Source: Burkholderiales bacterium
GTDB taxonomy: Bacteria; Pseudomonadota; Gammaproteobacteria; Burkholderiales; SG8-41
NCBI GenBank assembly: GCA_022843705.1
Contig: JALHND010000005.1
Span: 1-55,629, forward strand
DNA length: 55,629 nucleotides
Direction: 5' to 3'
Part shown: positions 45,487 to 55,293 of the stretch, in pieces
Position numbering within the stretch: the first letter of the stretch is position 1
Layout: every line of letters starts with the position of its first letter
The notes under the pieces: generated by a model
Told to the model about the DNA's origin: nothing
Seen by the model: only the letters and a program-made list of their open reading frames with translations
The model's database searches: none
Program-made: the position numbers and the translations under genes

Positions 45487-46055
45487 CGCGGGGGCTCCTC
45501 GATAAAGTTCTTCAACATCTGGTGGCCGTGCTCGGTCAGGATCGATTCGGGATGGAACTGCACGCCTTCGACGGCCAGCGTCCGGTGGCGCACGCCCATG
45601 ATCTCGCCGTCGTCGGTCCAGGCGGTGATCGCCAGGCAGTCGGGCAGGCTCGCGCGCTCGATCACCAGCGAGTGGTAGCGCGTCGCCGAAAACGGCTGCG
45701 GCAGTCCGCGGAACACCCCCGCGCCCTCGTGGCGGATCAGCGAGGTCTTGCCATGCATCAGCTGCCTGGCGTGCACGATCTTCCCGCCGAAAGCCTGGCC
45801 GATGCTCTGGTGGCCGAGGCAGACGCCGAGGATCGGGATCTTCCCGGCAAAGGCCTTGATCAGCGGCACCGATACGCCGGCCTCGTTGGGCGTGCACGGC
45901 CCCGGCGAGACGACGATGCGTTCGGGTTTCATCTGCGCAATGTCGTCGAGCGTGATCTCGTCGTTGCGGTGCACGGCGACTTCCTCGCCGAGCTCGCCGA
46001 AGTACTTCACCAGGTTGTAGGTGAAGGAATCGTAGTTGTCGATCATCAATAACAT
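45483..46055 (-). CDS. trpG: Anthranilate synthase component II (glutamine amidotransferase)
   Basis: [28 protein letters not shown]. Confidence 0.95.
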   Translation of the reverse strand: MLLMIDNYDSFTYNLVKYFGELGEEVAVHRNDEITLDDIAQMKPERIVVSPGPCTPNEAGVSVPLIKAFAGKIPILGVCLGHQSIGQAFGGKIVHARQLMHGKTSLIRHEGAGVFRGLPQPFSATRYHSLVIERASLPDCLAITAWTDDGEIMGVRHRTLAVEGVQFHPESILTEHGHQMLKNFIEEPPR

Positions 46056-46065
46056 GGCGGTTCCT

Positions 46066-47541
46066 TCAGTCGAGGCGGGTATCAAGGCCGGCTTCGGCCA
46101 TTTCCGCCGCCCGCAGCAGCGCCCGCGCCTTGTTCTGGGTTTCCTGCCATTCGGATTCCGGATCCGAATCGGCGACCACGCCGCCGCCGGCCTGCACATG
46201 CAGTCTGCCGTCCTTGACCACTGCGGTGCGCAGCGCGATGGCGACGTCCATGTTGCCGTGGAAGCCGAGGTAGCCCACCGCACCGGCGTAGATGCAGCGC
46301 TTGACCGGCTCCAGCTCGTCGATGATTTCCATCGCCCGCACCTTCGGCGCGCCGGACACCGTACCCGCCGGGAACGTCGCGCGCAGCACGTCGATCGCGC
46401 CCAGACCCGGCTTCAGCCGCGCTTCGACGTTGGAGACGATGTGCATCACGTGGGAATAACGCTCGATGACCATCTGCTCGGTCACGCGCACGCTGCCGGT
46501 CTGGGCGACACGGCCGGCGTCGTTGCGGCCGAGGTCGACCAGCATGATGTGCTCGGCGCGCTCCTTGGCGTCGGCCAGCAGTTCCTCCGCCAGCGCGGCG
46601 TCCTCTTCCGGCGTCGCGCCGCGGCGGCGGGTGCCGGCGATCGGCCGCACGGTCACCGTGTCGCCCTCGAGCCGGGCGAGGATCTCGGGCGAGGCGCCGA
46701 CGACATGGAAATCGCCGCAGTCGAAATAGAACATGTACGGCGACGGATTGAGCGTGCGCAGCGCGCGGTACAGCGACAGCGGCGTCGCATGGAAGGGCTT
46801 GCTCATGCGCTGCGACGGCACCACCTGCATGATGTCGCCCTCGAAGATGTATTTTTTCGCGCGCTCGACGGCCTTGTGGTACGCGGCCTGGCCGAAGCCC
46901 GACACCGCGGGTTCCGACGGCGTCGGCGCGCTGACCGGAAGCGTCACCGGCGCGCGCAGCTTCGCCAGCAGTTCGGCCAGCCGTGCCCGCGCCGCGGCGT
47001 AGGCCCCGGGCCGGCCCGGCTCGGCGTAGACCACCAGCGACAGCTTGCCCGACAGGTTGTCGACGATGGCGATTTCCTCGGACACCAGCAGCAGGATGTC
47101 GGGCGTGCCCAGCTCGTCGCGCTTCTGCGCATTCGCCAGGCGCTTTTCGATGTAGCGCACCGTGTCGTAGCCGAAGTAGCCGACCAGACCGCCGCAGAAC
47201 CGCGGCAGCCGCGGATCGGTGGCGACCCGGAAACGCTGCAGGTATTTTTCGACAAAGGCCAGCGGATCGTCGGCATGCTCGCGCAGCGTCTCGCGCCCGC
47301 CGCTGATTTCGACGCAGTCATGGCCGCGCACCTCGATGCGCGTGGTGGCGGCCAGGCCGATAAAGGAATAGCGGCCGTGGCGTTCGCCGCCCACCACCGA
47401 TTCGAGCAGGTAGGTATGCGGGCGGTTGGCGAGCTTCAGATAGACCGACAGCGGCGTGTCGAGGTCGGCGTAGGTTTCGAGCACCAGCGGCGCACGGTTG
47501 TAACCGGCGTCGGCAAGGCGATTGAATTCGGATTCGGTCAT
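46066..47541 (-). CDS. trpE: Anthranilate synthase component I
   Basis: [28 protein letters not shown]; ATG at 47541 after GGAGCAGG. Confidence 0.96.
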   Translation of the reverse strand: MTESEFNRLADAGYNRAPLVLETYADLDTPLSVYLKLANRPHTYLLESVVGGERHGRYSFIGLAATTRIEVRGHDCVEISGGRETLREHADDPLAFVEKYLQRFRVATDPRLPRFCGGLVGYFGYDTVRYIEKRLANAQKRDELGTPDILLLVSEEIAIVDNLSGKLSLVVYAEPGRPGAYAAARARLAELLAKLRAPVTLPVSAPTPSEPAVSGFGQAAYHKAVERAKKYIFEGDIMQVVPSQRMSKPFHATPLSLYRALRTLNPSPYMFYFDCGDFHVVGASPEILARLEGDTVTVRPIAGTRRRGATPEEDAALAEELLADAKERAEHIMLVDLGRNDAGRVAQTGSVRVTEQMVIERYSHVMHIVSNVEARLKPGLGAIDVLRATFPAGTVSGAPKVRAMEIIDELEPVKRCIYAGAVGYLGFHGNMDVAIALRTAVVKDGRLHVQAGGGVVADSDPESEWQETQNKARALLRAAEMAEAGLDTRLD

Positions 47542-47596
47542 GTCCTGCTCCACGAAAAAAATGCGAGTACGAACGGGCGCTGCGGCGGCAACACGA

Positions 47597-47653
47597 TCAG
47601 CAACGCCAGCGCCAGGCTCCGGTCCGGGTTTCGCACTTCATCGAGAGCAACAT
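47597..47653 (-). CDS. trpL: trp operon leader peptide (18 aa)
   Basis: Manual translation [18 protein letters not shown]; two Trp codons near the stop, 55 nt upstream of trpE. Confidence 0.8.
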   Translation of the reverse strand: MLLSMKCETRTGAWRWRC

Positions 47654-47666
47654 GATGGGGGTTGGA

Positions 47667-48353
47667 TTAAGGCTTTTTAATCAACGGGATACACTCCGTC
47701 AGCGCGCCTACTATAGCATCAACGTCGAGGCTCTGCACATCGTGCCCTTCGTTATAGCCATAGGGCACGCAGAACACCGGGCAACCGGCGGCGCGCGCCG
47801 CGAGCGCATCGTTGCCCGAGTCGCCGATCATCAGCATGCGCTGCGGCGCGATGCCGAACTGCGTGCAGGCGTACAGCAGTTGCATCGGGTCGGGTTTCTT
47901 GCGTGGCAGCGTGTCCCCGGACACGGTCAGCTCGAAATAAGCCGCAAGTCCGGTGCGCTCGAGCAGCGGAGTCGTGAAAGCGCCGGCCTTGTTGGTAACG
48001 CAGGCCAGGCGGAATCCCGCGGCGCGCATCTGCTCCAGGCCCTCGCGCACGCCGGGATAGATCGTCGTATGGCGGCCGTTGACCTCGGCATAAAAACGCT
48101 CGAATACCGGCAGTGCACGCGCCATCGCTTCCGGTGCGGCATGGCCGTCGATATCGCGCGCCAGCGCCCGCTCGACCAGCCGCGGGATGCCCTTGCCGAC
48201 GAAATTGCGCAGCGTGTCGAGCGGCAGTGCCTCCTCGCCCAGTGCCTCGAGCATCAGGTTGGCGGCGGCAGCCAGGTCGGCAATGGTGTCGAGCAACGTG
48301 CCGTCGAGGTCGATCATCACGGCTTCGACGGCAATCGGAAACTGGGGCTTCAT
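47667..48353 (-). CDS. gph: Phosphoglycolate phosphatase
   Basis: DLDGTLLDT, VTNK, KPDP, IGDS..D HAD motifs; rpe-gph-trpE synteny. Confidence 0.93.
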   Translation of the reverse strand: MKPQFPIAVEAVMIDLDGTLLDTIADLAAAANLMLEALGEEALPLDTLRNFVGKGIPRLVERALARDIDGHAAPEAMARALPVFERFYAEVNGRHTTIYPGVREGLEQMRAAGFRLACVTNKAGAFTTPLLERTGLAAYFELTVSGDTLPRKKPDPMQLLYACTQFGIAPQRMLMIGDSGNDALAARAAGCPVFCVPYGYNEGHDVQSLDVDAIVGALTECIPLIKKP

Positions 48354-48401
48354 GGGATCAAGGCGGCGCCCGGCTAGCGCCGGAAGTGCCGCGGAAAATG
48401 T

Positions 48402-49064
48402 TCAGGAAGCGGCGAGCGCCTTGCGCATCGCCGAAATGACGGCCTGGTAGTCCTTCTGGCCGAAAATCGCCGAGCCGGCGACAAAGGTGTCGGCGCCCGC
48501 CCTGGCAATTTCGGCGATGTTGTCGGTTTTCACGCCACCGTCAACCTCCAGCCAGATGTCGCGGCCGCTGCGTGCGATGCGTTCGCGCACGGCGGCGATC
48601 TTCGACAACGCACCCGGGATGAACGACTGCCCGCCGAAACCCGGGTTGACCGACATGATCAGCACCAGGTCAAGCTTGTCGAGCACGTGGTCGAGGTAGT
48701 GCAGCGGCGTCGCCGGATTGAACACCAGGCCGGCTTTGCAACCGCAGTCCCGGATCAGCCCGATCGTGCGGTCGATGTGCTCCGAGGCCTCGGGATGAAA
48801 AGAGATGATGTTGGCGCCGGCCTTGGCAAAATCCGGAATGATGCGGTCCACCGGTTTCACCATCAGGTGTACGTCGATCGGCACCTGCACCAGCGGCCGG
48901 ATCGCCTGGCATACCAGCGGACCGACGGTCAGGTTGGGCACGTAATGGTTGTCCATCACGTCGAAATGGATCAGGTCGGCGCCGGCGGCGACCACCGACC
49001 GCACTTCCTCGCCGAGGCGGGCGAAATCTGCGGACAGGATGCTGGGCGCGATGCGGAAGGTCAT
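48402..49064 (-). CDS. rpe: Ribulose-phosphate 3-epimerase
   Basis: [36 protein letters not shown]. Confidence 0.97.
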   Translation of the reverse strand: MTFRIAPSILSADFARLGEEVRSVVAAGADLIHFDVMDNHYVPNLTVGPLVCQAIRPLVQVPIDVHLMVKPVDRIIPDFAKAGANIISFHPEASEHIDRTIGLIRDCGCKAGLVFNPATPLHYLDHVLDKLDLVLIMSVNPGFGGQSFIPGALSKIAAVRERIARSGRDIWLEVDGGVKTDNIAEIARAGADTFVAGSAIFGQKDYQAVISAMRKALAAS

Positions 49065-49162
49065 GGCGGAATCCGTGATCGGGACGCGCCGATTTTACCC
49101 GTTCCCGGTACGGCGGGCATGCGGAACTTCCGCCGCCGCGCCGCGGGTGCGAGAATAGCCAC

Positions 49163-49543
49163 ATGAACGAATCCCGATACCACATCACCGTTTCGCCGCG
49201 CGCGCGATTCATCCCCGAACAATCCGACGCCGACGCAAACCGTTACGCCTTTGCCTACACCGTCACCATCACCAACACCGGCTCGGTGGCGGCGCAGCTG
49301 GTGAGCCGTCACTGGATCATCACCGACGCCAACAACCTCGTGCAGGAAGTCCGGGGCCAGGGCGTGGTCGGCGCCCAGCCGCGCCTGAAACCCGGCGAGA
49401 GCTTCGAATACTCCAGCGGATCCATGCTCGCGACCCCGGTCGGCACGATGCGCGGCAGCTACCAGATGGTGGCCGACGACGGCACGCAGTTCGATGCGGC
49501 GATCCCGGAATTCACGCTGTCGGTGCCGCGGGTGCTGCACTAG
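49163..49543 (+). CDS. apaG: ApaG protein
   Basis: YAFAYTVTITN, QLVSRHWIITD, GQGVVGAQP, GTMRGSY. Confidence 0.95.
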   Translation: MNESRYHITVSPRARFIPEQSDADANRYAFAYTVTITNTGSVAAQLVSRHWIITDANNLVQEVRGQGVVGAQPRLKPGESFEYSSGSMLATPVGTMRGSYQMVADDGTQFDAAIPEFTLSVPRVLH

Positions 49544-49564
49544 GCCCTGCAGCAGTCTCTGCCG

Positions 49565-50329
49565 ATGACCCTGCGCGCCAGTTACACGCTGCTTGCGCCG
49601 CTGTATGACGCGGTGGTCGGTCCGGCATTGCAGCGCATCCGCGCGCGCAGCCTGGAGCGCCTGCCCCGCGACGGCCAGGCTCGCATCCTCCTCAACGGCG
49701 TCGGCACCGGCCTCGACCTGCCGCTGCTGCCTGCGACGCACCGCTACACCGCGCTCGATCTGACGCGGGCGATGCTGTGCAAGGCCCTGCCGCGCAGCGG
49801 CAAGCTCGATCTCGGCTGGGTGCAGGGCGACAGCCAGCGCCTGCCGTTCCGCGACGGCGCCTTCGACCATGTGCTGCTGCACCTGATCCTCGCGATCGTG
49901 CCGGACACCCGCGCCGCACTGCGCGAAGCGGCGCGCGTGGTCAGGCCCGGCGGGCGGCTGTTCGTGCTCGACAAATTCCTGCGCCGCGGAGAACGGGCCT
50001 GGCTGCGGCGCCTGCTCAATCCGCTGATGCGGCGCATCGCCACCCGCACCGACGTGGTGTTCGAAGACGCCCTCGCCGGCGTCGCCGGGCTGCGGGTGAT
50101 TGCCGACGAGCCCGCGCTCGCCGGCGGCTGGTTCCGGATGATTACGCTGGAAAAAACCGCGGGTCAGGATTTCGAAGAATCGTCGGGATCGTCGTCGTCG
50201 CGGCGCGGCCAGGTCAGCCAGACAATGCCGCCGAGCAGCAGCACGGCGACTGCCGCTTCGATCAAGTACCACATCAATCCGGTCATTGCGCCTACCCTTC
50301 AGGTTGCCGATGCACAGCTTCGACTTTAG
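49565..50329 (+). CDS. Class I SAM methyltransferase (PmtA-like) with a long low-complexity tail
   Basis: LAPLYD, NGVGTGLD, GDSQRLPF..FD, ARVVRPGG; recognisable fold ends near ITLEK (~50157). Confidence 0.8.
   Translation: MTLRASYTLLAPLYDAVVGPALQRIRARSLERLPRDGQARILLNGVGTGLDLPLLPATHRYTALDLTRAMLCKALPRSGKLDLGWVQGDSQRLPFRDGAFDHVLLHLILAIVPDTRAALREAARVVRPGGRLFVLDKFLRRGERAWLRRLLNPLMRRIATRTDVVFEDALAGVAGLRVIADEPALAGGWFRMITLEKTAGQDFEESSGSSSSRRGQVSQTMPPSSSTATAASIKYHINPVIAPTLQVADAQLRL
50164..50286 (-). CDS. Small single-pass membrane protein (40 aa; 36 aa if started at 50274)
   Basis: Manual translation MTGLMWYLIEAAVAVLLLGGIVWLTWPRRDDDDPDDSSKS*; GC-rich third codon positions, AAGGG upstream. Confidence 0.65.
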   Translation of the reverse strand: MTGLMWYLIEAAVAVLLLGGIVWLTWPRRDDDDPDDSSKS

Positions 50330-51569
50330 CAAATTCCCCCTGCGCGCAGCCGGCATCGCCCTGCTCTTCGCGCTGGCCGCAGCGGCCTGCCGCTCGACGC
50401 CCGAAAAACTGCCGCCGCCGCCCGCGGAACCCGTGCCGGTTCCGGCACCCGCAACGCCTGCAGCAAAAGCCCCCGCGGAGCCGGCACCGCCGGCGGCGCA
50501 GCCGACACCCGCGCTCTCAGGCAGCCATCTGCGGCGCGGTCAGTGGGCGGAACTGCCGGGCTGGCGCGAAGACGATCCGGCCGCCGCCTGGGATGCCTTT
50601 CTCACCAGTTGCAGCACGCTGAAAGTACAGACCGCGTGGCAGGCCGTCTGTGCGGCGGCGCTCGCCCGACCTCGTCCCGACCGCGAAAGCGCACGGCAGT
50701 TTTTCGAATCCAACTTCCTGCCGTACCAACTGCTGCAGGCCGACGGCGGCACGGAAGGACTGGCCACCGGTTATTACGAACCGCTGCTGCGCGGCAGCCG
50801 CAAACCCACGTCGCGTTACCGCTATCCGGTCTATGGCGTGCCCGACGACCTGATCACGCTCGACCTGCCCGCTTTCGGTATCGATACGCGCGAACCGCGG
50901 CTGCGGGCCCGGCTCGACGGCCGGCGCGTCGTACCCTATTACGAACGTGCGCAGATCGAGGCCGGGCTTGCCGCGGTCAAGGGGCGCGAAATCGCCTGGG
51001 TCGACGATCCGGTGGAACTCTTTTTCCTGCAGATCCAGGGCTCGGGACGCATCGACCTTGAAGGCGGCGGCGTGCTGCGTGTCGGATTCGCCGACCACAA
51101 CGGCCATCCCTACCGCTCGATCGGCCGTCTGCTGATCGACCGCGGCGAGCTGCCGGCGGAACGCGCGTCGATGCAGGGCATCAAGGCCTGGGCGCAGCGC
51201 AACCCCGACAAGCTGCGCGAAGTACTCGATTACAATCCGCGCTACATTTTTTTCCGCGAGCTGCCCGAAGGCCTCGGCGGCCCGCTCGGCGCGCAAGGCG
51301 TGCCGCTGACCGCCAGGCGCTCGATCGCCGCAGACCCGCGTTACGTGCCGCTGGGTGCGCCGGTTTTCCTCGCCACCACCTGGCCGCTCAGCAGCAAACC
51401 GCTGCAGCAGCTGATGCTGGCGCAGGACACCGGTTCGGCGATCCGCGGCGCGGTGCGCGCAGATTTTTTCTGGGGCTATGGCGATGATGCCGGACGCGAA
51501 GCCGGACGCATGAAGCAGCCGCTGCGCATGTGGCTGCTGCTGCCGCAAGCTTATCCGCTCGCCCCCTGA
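50310..51569 (+). CDS. mltA: Membrane-bound lytic murein transglycosylase A
   Basis: AAAC lipobox, TGYYEP, FFLQIQGSG, YIFF, SIAADP, AQDTGSAIRG..RADFFWG. Confidence 0.95.
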   Translation: MHSFDFSKFPLRAAGIALLFALAAAACRSTPEKLPPPPAEPVPVPAPATPAAKAPAEPAPPAAQPTPALSGSHLRRGQWAELPGWREDDPAAAWDAFLTSCSTLKVQTAWQAVCAAALARPRPDRESARQFFESNFLPYQLLQADGGTEGLATGYYEPLLRGSRKPTSRYRYPVYGVPDDLITLDLPAFGIDTREPRLRARLDGRRVVPYYERAQIEAGLAAVKGREIAWVDDPVELFFLQIQGSGRIDLEGGGVLRVGFADHNGHPYRSIGRLLIDRGELPAERASMQGIKAWAQRNPDKLREVLDYNPRYIFFRELPEGLGGPLGAQGVPLTARRSIAADPRYVPLGAPVFLATTWPLSSKPLQQLMLAQDTGSAIRGAVRADFFWGYGDDAGREAGRMKQPLRMWLLLPQAYPLAP

Positions 51570-51578
51570 GACGTAATT

Positions 51579-51606
51579 CAAGTATTTGTTTTAATTGATT
51601 ATTTTT
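51579..51606 (-). repeat. 28-bp AT-rich dispersed motif (IHF-like), copy 5
   Basis: Reverse complement AAAAATAATCAATTAAAACAAATACTTG between mltA and dadA. Confidence 0.75.
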
Positions 51607-51632
51607 AACTCCCCGCAGCGGGTCGCCAGGCC

Positions 51633-52895
51633 ATGAAAGTCATCGTCCTTGGCGCCGGCGTCACTGGCGTGGCCAGCGCCTGGTACCTGCGCCGGGCCGG
51701 ACACGAAGTCACGGTCATCGAGCGGCGCGAAGCGCCGGGACTCGAAACGTCATACGCCAACGGCGGACAGATCTCGGTTTCGCATGCCGAACCGTGGGCA
51801 AATCCGCGGGCGCCGCTGCAGATCCTGCGCTGGCTCGGGCGTGAAGACGCGCCGTTGCTGTTTCGCCTGCGCGCCGACCTCGAGCAATGGCGCTGGGGCT
51901 GGGCCTTCCTGCGCGAATGCACGCCGGCGCGGCTGCGCCACAACATCCGCCGACTGGTCGCGCTCGGCAATTACAGCCGCAATGCCTTGCAGCAGCTGCG
52001 TGCGGAAACCGGCATCCAGTACGACCAGTTGACCCGCGGCATCCTGCATTTTTATACCAGTCCGGAAGCCTGGCGCGGCGCCCAGCACGCGGTGCGGCTG
52101 ATGCGCGATGCCGGCTGTGCGCTCGAAACAAAATCTGCCGATGAATGCGTCGCCATCGAACCCGCGCTGGCATCGACGCAGCGCCGGCTTGCGGGCGGCA
52201 CTTATTCGCCCGCCGACGAATCCGGTGACGCGCACCGCTTCACCCGCGAACTTGCCGCTCTTTGTGCAGCGCGCGGCGTCGCCTTCCGCCACGGAGCGAC
52301 GGCAGAAGCCGTCATGGTCGGCCGTGACGGCCGGCTGTCCGGGATCCGCGTGCATGGGGCCGGCGGCACTGAAATGCTGGGAGCCGATGCCTGCGTGGTC
52401 TGCCTCGGCGTGCGCAGCGCGGCGCTGCTGCGCCCGCTCGGCATCGATCTGCGCATCTATCCGGTCAAGGGTTATTCAGTCACGCTGCCGGTGCTCGATC
52501 CGGCGAAGGCCTATTCGGTTTCGCTGACCGACGACGAGCACAAGCTGGTGTTCTCGCGGCTGGGTGAGCGGCTGCGCATTGCGGGCACCGCAGAGTTCAA
52601 CGGCTACGACACGACGCTCAACGAAATGCGCTGCAAGGTCATCCTGCGGCGGGTCGAGGAACTGTTTCCGGGCGCCGGTGACAGCAGTCAGCCCCTGCTG
52701 TGGACGGGACTGCGCCCGGCAACGCCCTCAAACCTGCCCTATATCGGCGGCACGCGCTGCGCCGGACTGTTCCTGAACACCGGGCACGGCACGCTGGGCT
52801 GGACCCAGGCCTGCGGTGCCGGCTCCGCCATCGCCGACCTCGTTTCGGGACGCCGGCCAGAAGTCGACTTCAATTTCTGCGGCACGCGGCCCTGA
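51633..52895 (+). CDS. dadA: D-amino acid dehydrogenase
   Basis: LGAGVTG, ETSYANGGQIS, YPVKGYS, WTGLRP, NTGHGTLGWT. Confidence 0.92.
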   Translation: MKVIVLGAGVTGVASAWYLRRAGHEVTVIERREAPGLETSYANGGQISVSHAEPWANPRAPLQILRWLGREDAPLLFRLRADLEQWRWGWAFLRECTPARLRHNIRRLVALGNYSRNALQQLRAETGIQYDQLTRGILHFYTSPEAWRGAQHAVRLMRDAGCALETKSADECVAIEPALASTQRRLAGGTYSPADESGDAHRFTRELAALCAARGVAFRHGATAEAVMVGRDGRLSGIRVHGAGGTEMLGADACVVCLGVRSAALLRPLGIDLRIYPVKGYSVTLPVLDPAKAYSVSLTDDEHKLVFSRLGERLRIAGTAEFNGYDTTLNEMRCKVILRRVEELFPGAGDSSQPLLWTGLRPATPSNLPYIGGTRCAGLFLNTGHGTLGWTQACGAGSAIADLVSGRRPEVDFNFCGTRP

Positions 52896-52913
52896 GCACG
52901 GCAACCGCCGTGT

Positions 52914-55271
52914 TCAATGCGACTGCAGGGCCCAAACGCCATCCCAGTCCCCGGGTGGCGGATTGCTGCGGTAAATGGCGCAACGCTCGAGGTAGATCTG
53001 CGACGGCCGGTCGCCGGGACAGGCCACCAGCGCCTGGCGGAACAGCTTCTCCGCCCGTTCCCAGGCGCGGTTGCGGTAATGGCCGACCGCCTCGGCAAAA
53101 GTGAACAGCACCTCGTCCATGTGCGGAAAACTCTGCGCATTATGGTGCTCCAGCACCTCGCTGATCGAGACCGGCGCCTGGCGGCCGCGGACGCGGATCA
53201 GGTCGAGTTCCCGCAGCCGCACCGGCCGCGCCAGCCGGGCCACCGTGGTTTCGCAGATCAGCACGTCGCTGCCGTAATACTTGTTGGCGTTCTGCAGCCG
53301 CTCAGCGAGGTTGACCCGGTCGCCGATCACCGTGTACTCGAGCCGCTTCGGCGAACCGATGCTGCCGGCGATCACGCCACCGGTGCTGATGCCGATGCCG
53401 ACGGCGATCGGCTCGTGTCCGGCCGGCGCGCGGCGGCTGTTCAGTTCGCGCAGCGCCATCATCATGCGGCTCGCCACGGTCACCGCGTTTTCCGCGTCCT
53501 GCCGCGACGCGCGCACCGAGCCAAAAACGGCCATGATCATGTCGCCGATGTACTTGTCGAGGATGCCGCCGTGCGCAAACACGATGTCGACCATGTCGGT
53601 GAAGTACTCGTTGAGCATGGCCACGGTTTCGCGCGGCCCCAGGCGCTCGGATATCGAAGTGAAGCCGCGGATGTCCGAAAACAGCACGCTGACCTCGCGG
53701 CTGGTGCCGCCGAGGGCGGCATCGCCGCCTTCCAGCAGCTCGTCCATGACCGCCTTGCTCATGTAGCGCGACATCGTGTTCCGCAGGCGCTTCTCGCGCG
53801 TGATGTCCTCCATGATCAGCATCGAACCCAGCGGTTCGTCGTGGATGTCGTGCAGCGGCACAGCGGTCATGTTGACCGACACCGCGCGCCGCCCGTCCAG
53901 CAGCAGGTCGGAATCGACGGTGCTGTCCGTGCGCCCGGTGCGCAGCACCTTTTCCAGGCTGTTGACGACCCAGCTGTTGGGACCGCCGAAGACTTCGCCG
54001 ACCCCGTGGCCGACGGTGTCCTGTTCGGGCCGCTGCAGGATGCGCAGCGCCGACTGGTTGACCTTGCTGACCTGGTTGTTGGCGTCCAGCGTCAGCACGC
54101 CGTTGCTCATGCTACGCAGGATGCTCTCGTTGTAGTTGCGCGAGTTCCTGACGTCTTCGAACAGCTGCGCGTTCTCGATCGACACCGCGGCCTGCGCGCA
54201 CAGCGCCGCCAGCCGCCGCTGGTCGGCCGCGGTGAATGTCCCCTCCTTCTTGTTGAGGATCTCCATCACGCCGACCTTGTTGCCGCCCTTGGTGGTGATC
54301 GGCATGCACAGGATGTTGCGGGTGCGGTAGCCGGTGCCCTTGTCCACTTCCGGATTGAAACGCGGGTCGGCATAGGCATCGTCGATGTTGATGCGGGCGC
54401 CGGTGGTGAAACACTCGCCGGCAATGCCGGCATTCGCCGGGAAGCGGATCTCCCGGGAAACCTCACCCTCCACCACCCGCGACCACAGCTCGCCGGTCGC
54501 AGGATCGTGGATGAACAGGGCGCCGCGGTCCGCGCCGAGCAGCTGGGTGGCCGCGGCGAGAATTTTCTCGAGCAGCGGATCGAGCATGATTTCGGAGGTG
54601 ATCGAGCTCACCACGTCGAGCAGCACCGCCTCTTCGCGCTGGGCACGCTCTACGCGCTCGAACATCCGCGCGTTCTCCAGCGCCGCAGCGGCCTGTGAGG
54701 ACAGCGCCTCCAGGGACTGCATGTCCTCGAGGTCGAACTCCCCTTCGCGCTTGTTCAGCGCCTGGGTCACGCCGATGACCGCCTTTTTCTTGTTGCGGAT
54801 GGGCACGCAGAGGATGTTGCGGGTGCGGTAGCCGGTTTCGGTGTCGACCTTGCGGTTGAAACGCGGATCGGCGTAGGCATCGGGGATGATTTCGCCCTTG
54901 CCGCTGGTGAATACCGAGCCGGCGATGCCGCGGTCGGCGGGAAAGCGCACCTCGCCCATCGCGTTGCCCTGCATCACGCGGGAGAACAGTTCCCTGGTCT
55001 CGGCGTCGTAAAGGAACAGCGAGCTGCGCTCCGCATTGAGGGTCTCGGTGACCACCTCCATCAGCCGCGGGAACAGCACGTCCAGCGACAGCGTATCGGA
55101 CACACGGTTGGCGACGTCCACCAGCGCGGTGGTCCGTCGCACGAGCTCCGTGATGCGCATCAGCAGCTGGGTTTTTTCCGAATCGGACAGCCCGCCGAGC
55201 AGCCGTTCGATGTCGGCCTGCTGCAACCGTCGCTCAAGGATGCCGCGGATGATCTCGAAATCGATTTTCAT
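52914..55271 (-). CDS. Class III adenylate cyclase, GAF-GAF-PAS-cyclase-TPR-like
   Basis: Two GAF domains (DAYADPRFN..VD..TGYRTRNILC, NK..F..D), PAS, FSDIRGFT, DKYIGD, YTVIGDRVNLAERL. Confidence 0.92.
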   Translation of the reverse strand: MKIDFEIIRGILERRLQQADIERLLGGLSDSEKTQLLMRITELVRRTTALVDVANRVSDTLSLDVLFPRLMEVVTETLNAERSSLFLYDAETRELFSRVMQGNAMGEVRFPADRGIAGSVFTSGKGEIIPDAYADPRFNRKVDTETGYRTRNILCVPIRNKKKAVIGVTQALNKREGEFDLEDMQSLEALSSQAAAALENARMFERVERAQREEAVLLDVVSSITSEIMLDPLLEKILAAATQLLGADRGALFIHDPATGELWSRVVEGEVSREIRFPANAGIAGECFTTGARINIDDAYADPRFNPEVDKGTGYRTRNILCMPITTKGGNKVGVMEILNKKEGTFTAADQRRLAALCAQAAVSIENAQLFEDVRNSRNYNESILRSMSNGVLTLDANNQVSKVNQSALRILQRPEQDTVGHGVGEVFGGPNSWVVNSLEKVLRTGRTDSTVDSDLLLDGRRAVSVNMTAVPLHDIHDEPLGSMLIMEDITREKRLRNTMSRYMSKAVMDELLEGGDAALGGTSREVSVLFSDIRGFTSISERLGPRETVAMLNEYFTDMVDIVFAHGGILDKYIGDMIMAVFGSVRASRQDAENAVTVASRMMMALRELNSRRAPAGHEPIAVGIGISTGGVIAGSIGSPKRLEYTVIGDRVNLAERLQNANKYYGSDVLICETTVARLARPVRLRELDLIRVRGRQAPVSISEVLEHHNAQSFPHMDEVLFTFAEAVGHYRNRAWERAEKLFRQALVACPGDRPSQIYLERCAIYRSNPPPGDWDGVWALQSH

Positions 55272-55293
55272 GTCCGCCGCGCCCCGTGGCCGC

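Noticed and set aside
54290-54900. Near-identical DNA stretches (e.g. AGGATGTTGCGGGTGCGGTAGCCGGT twice)
   Set aside because: Explained by the tandem GAF domain duplication in the cyclase.
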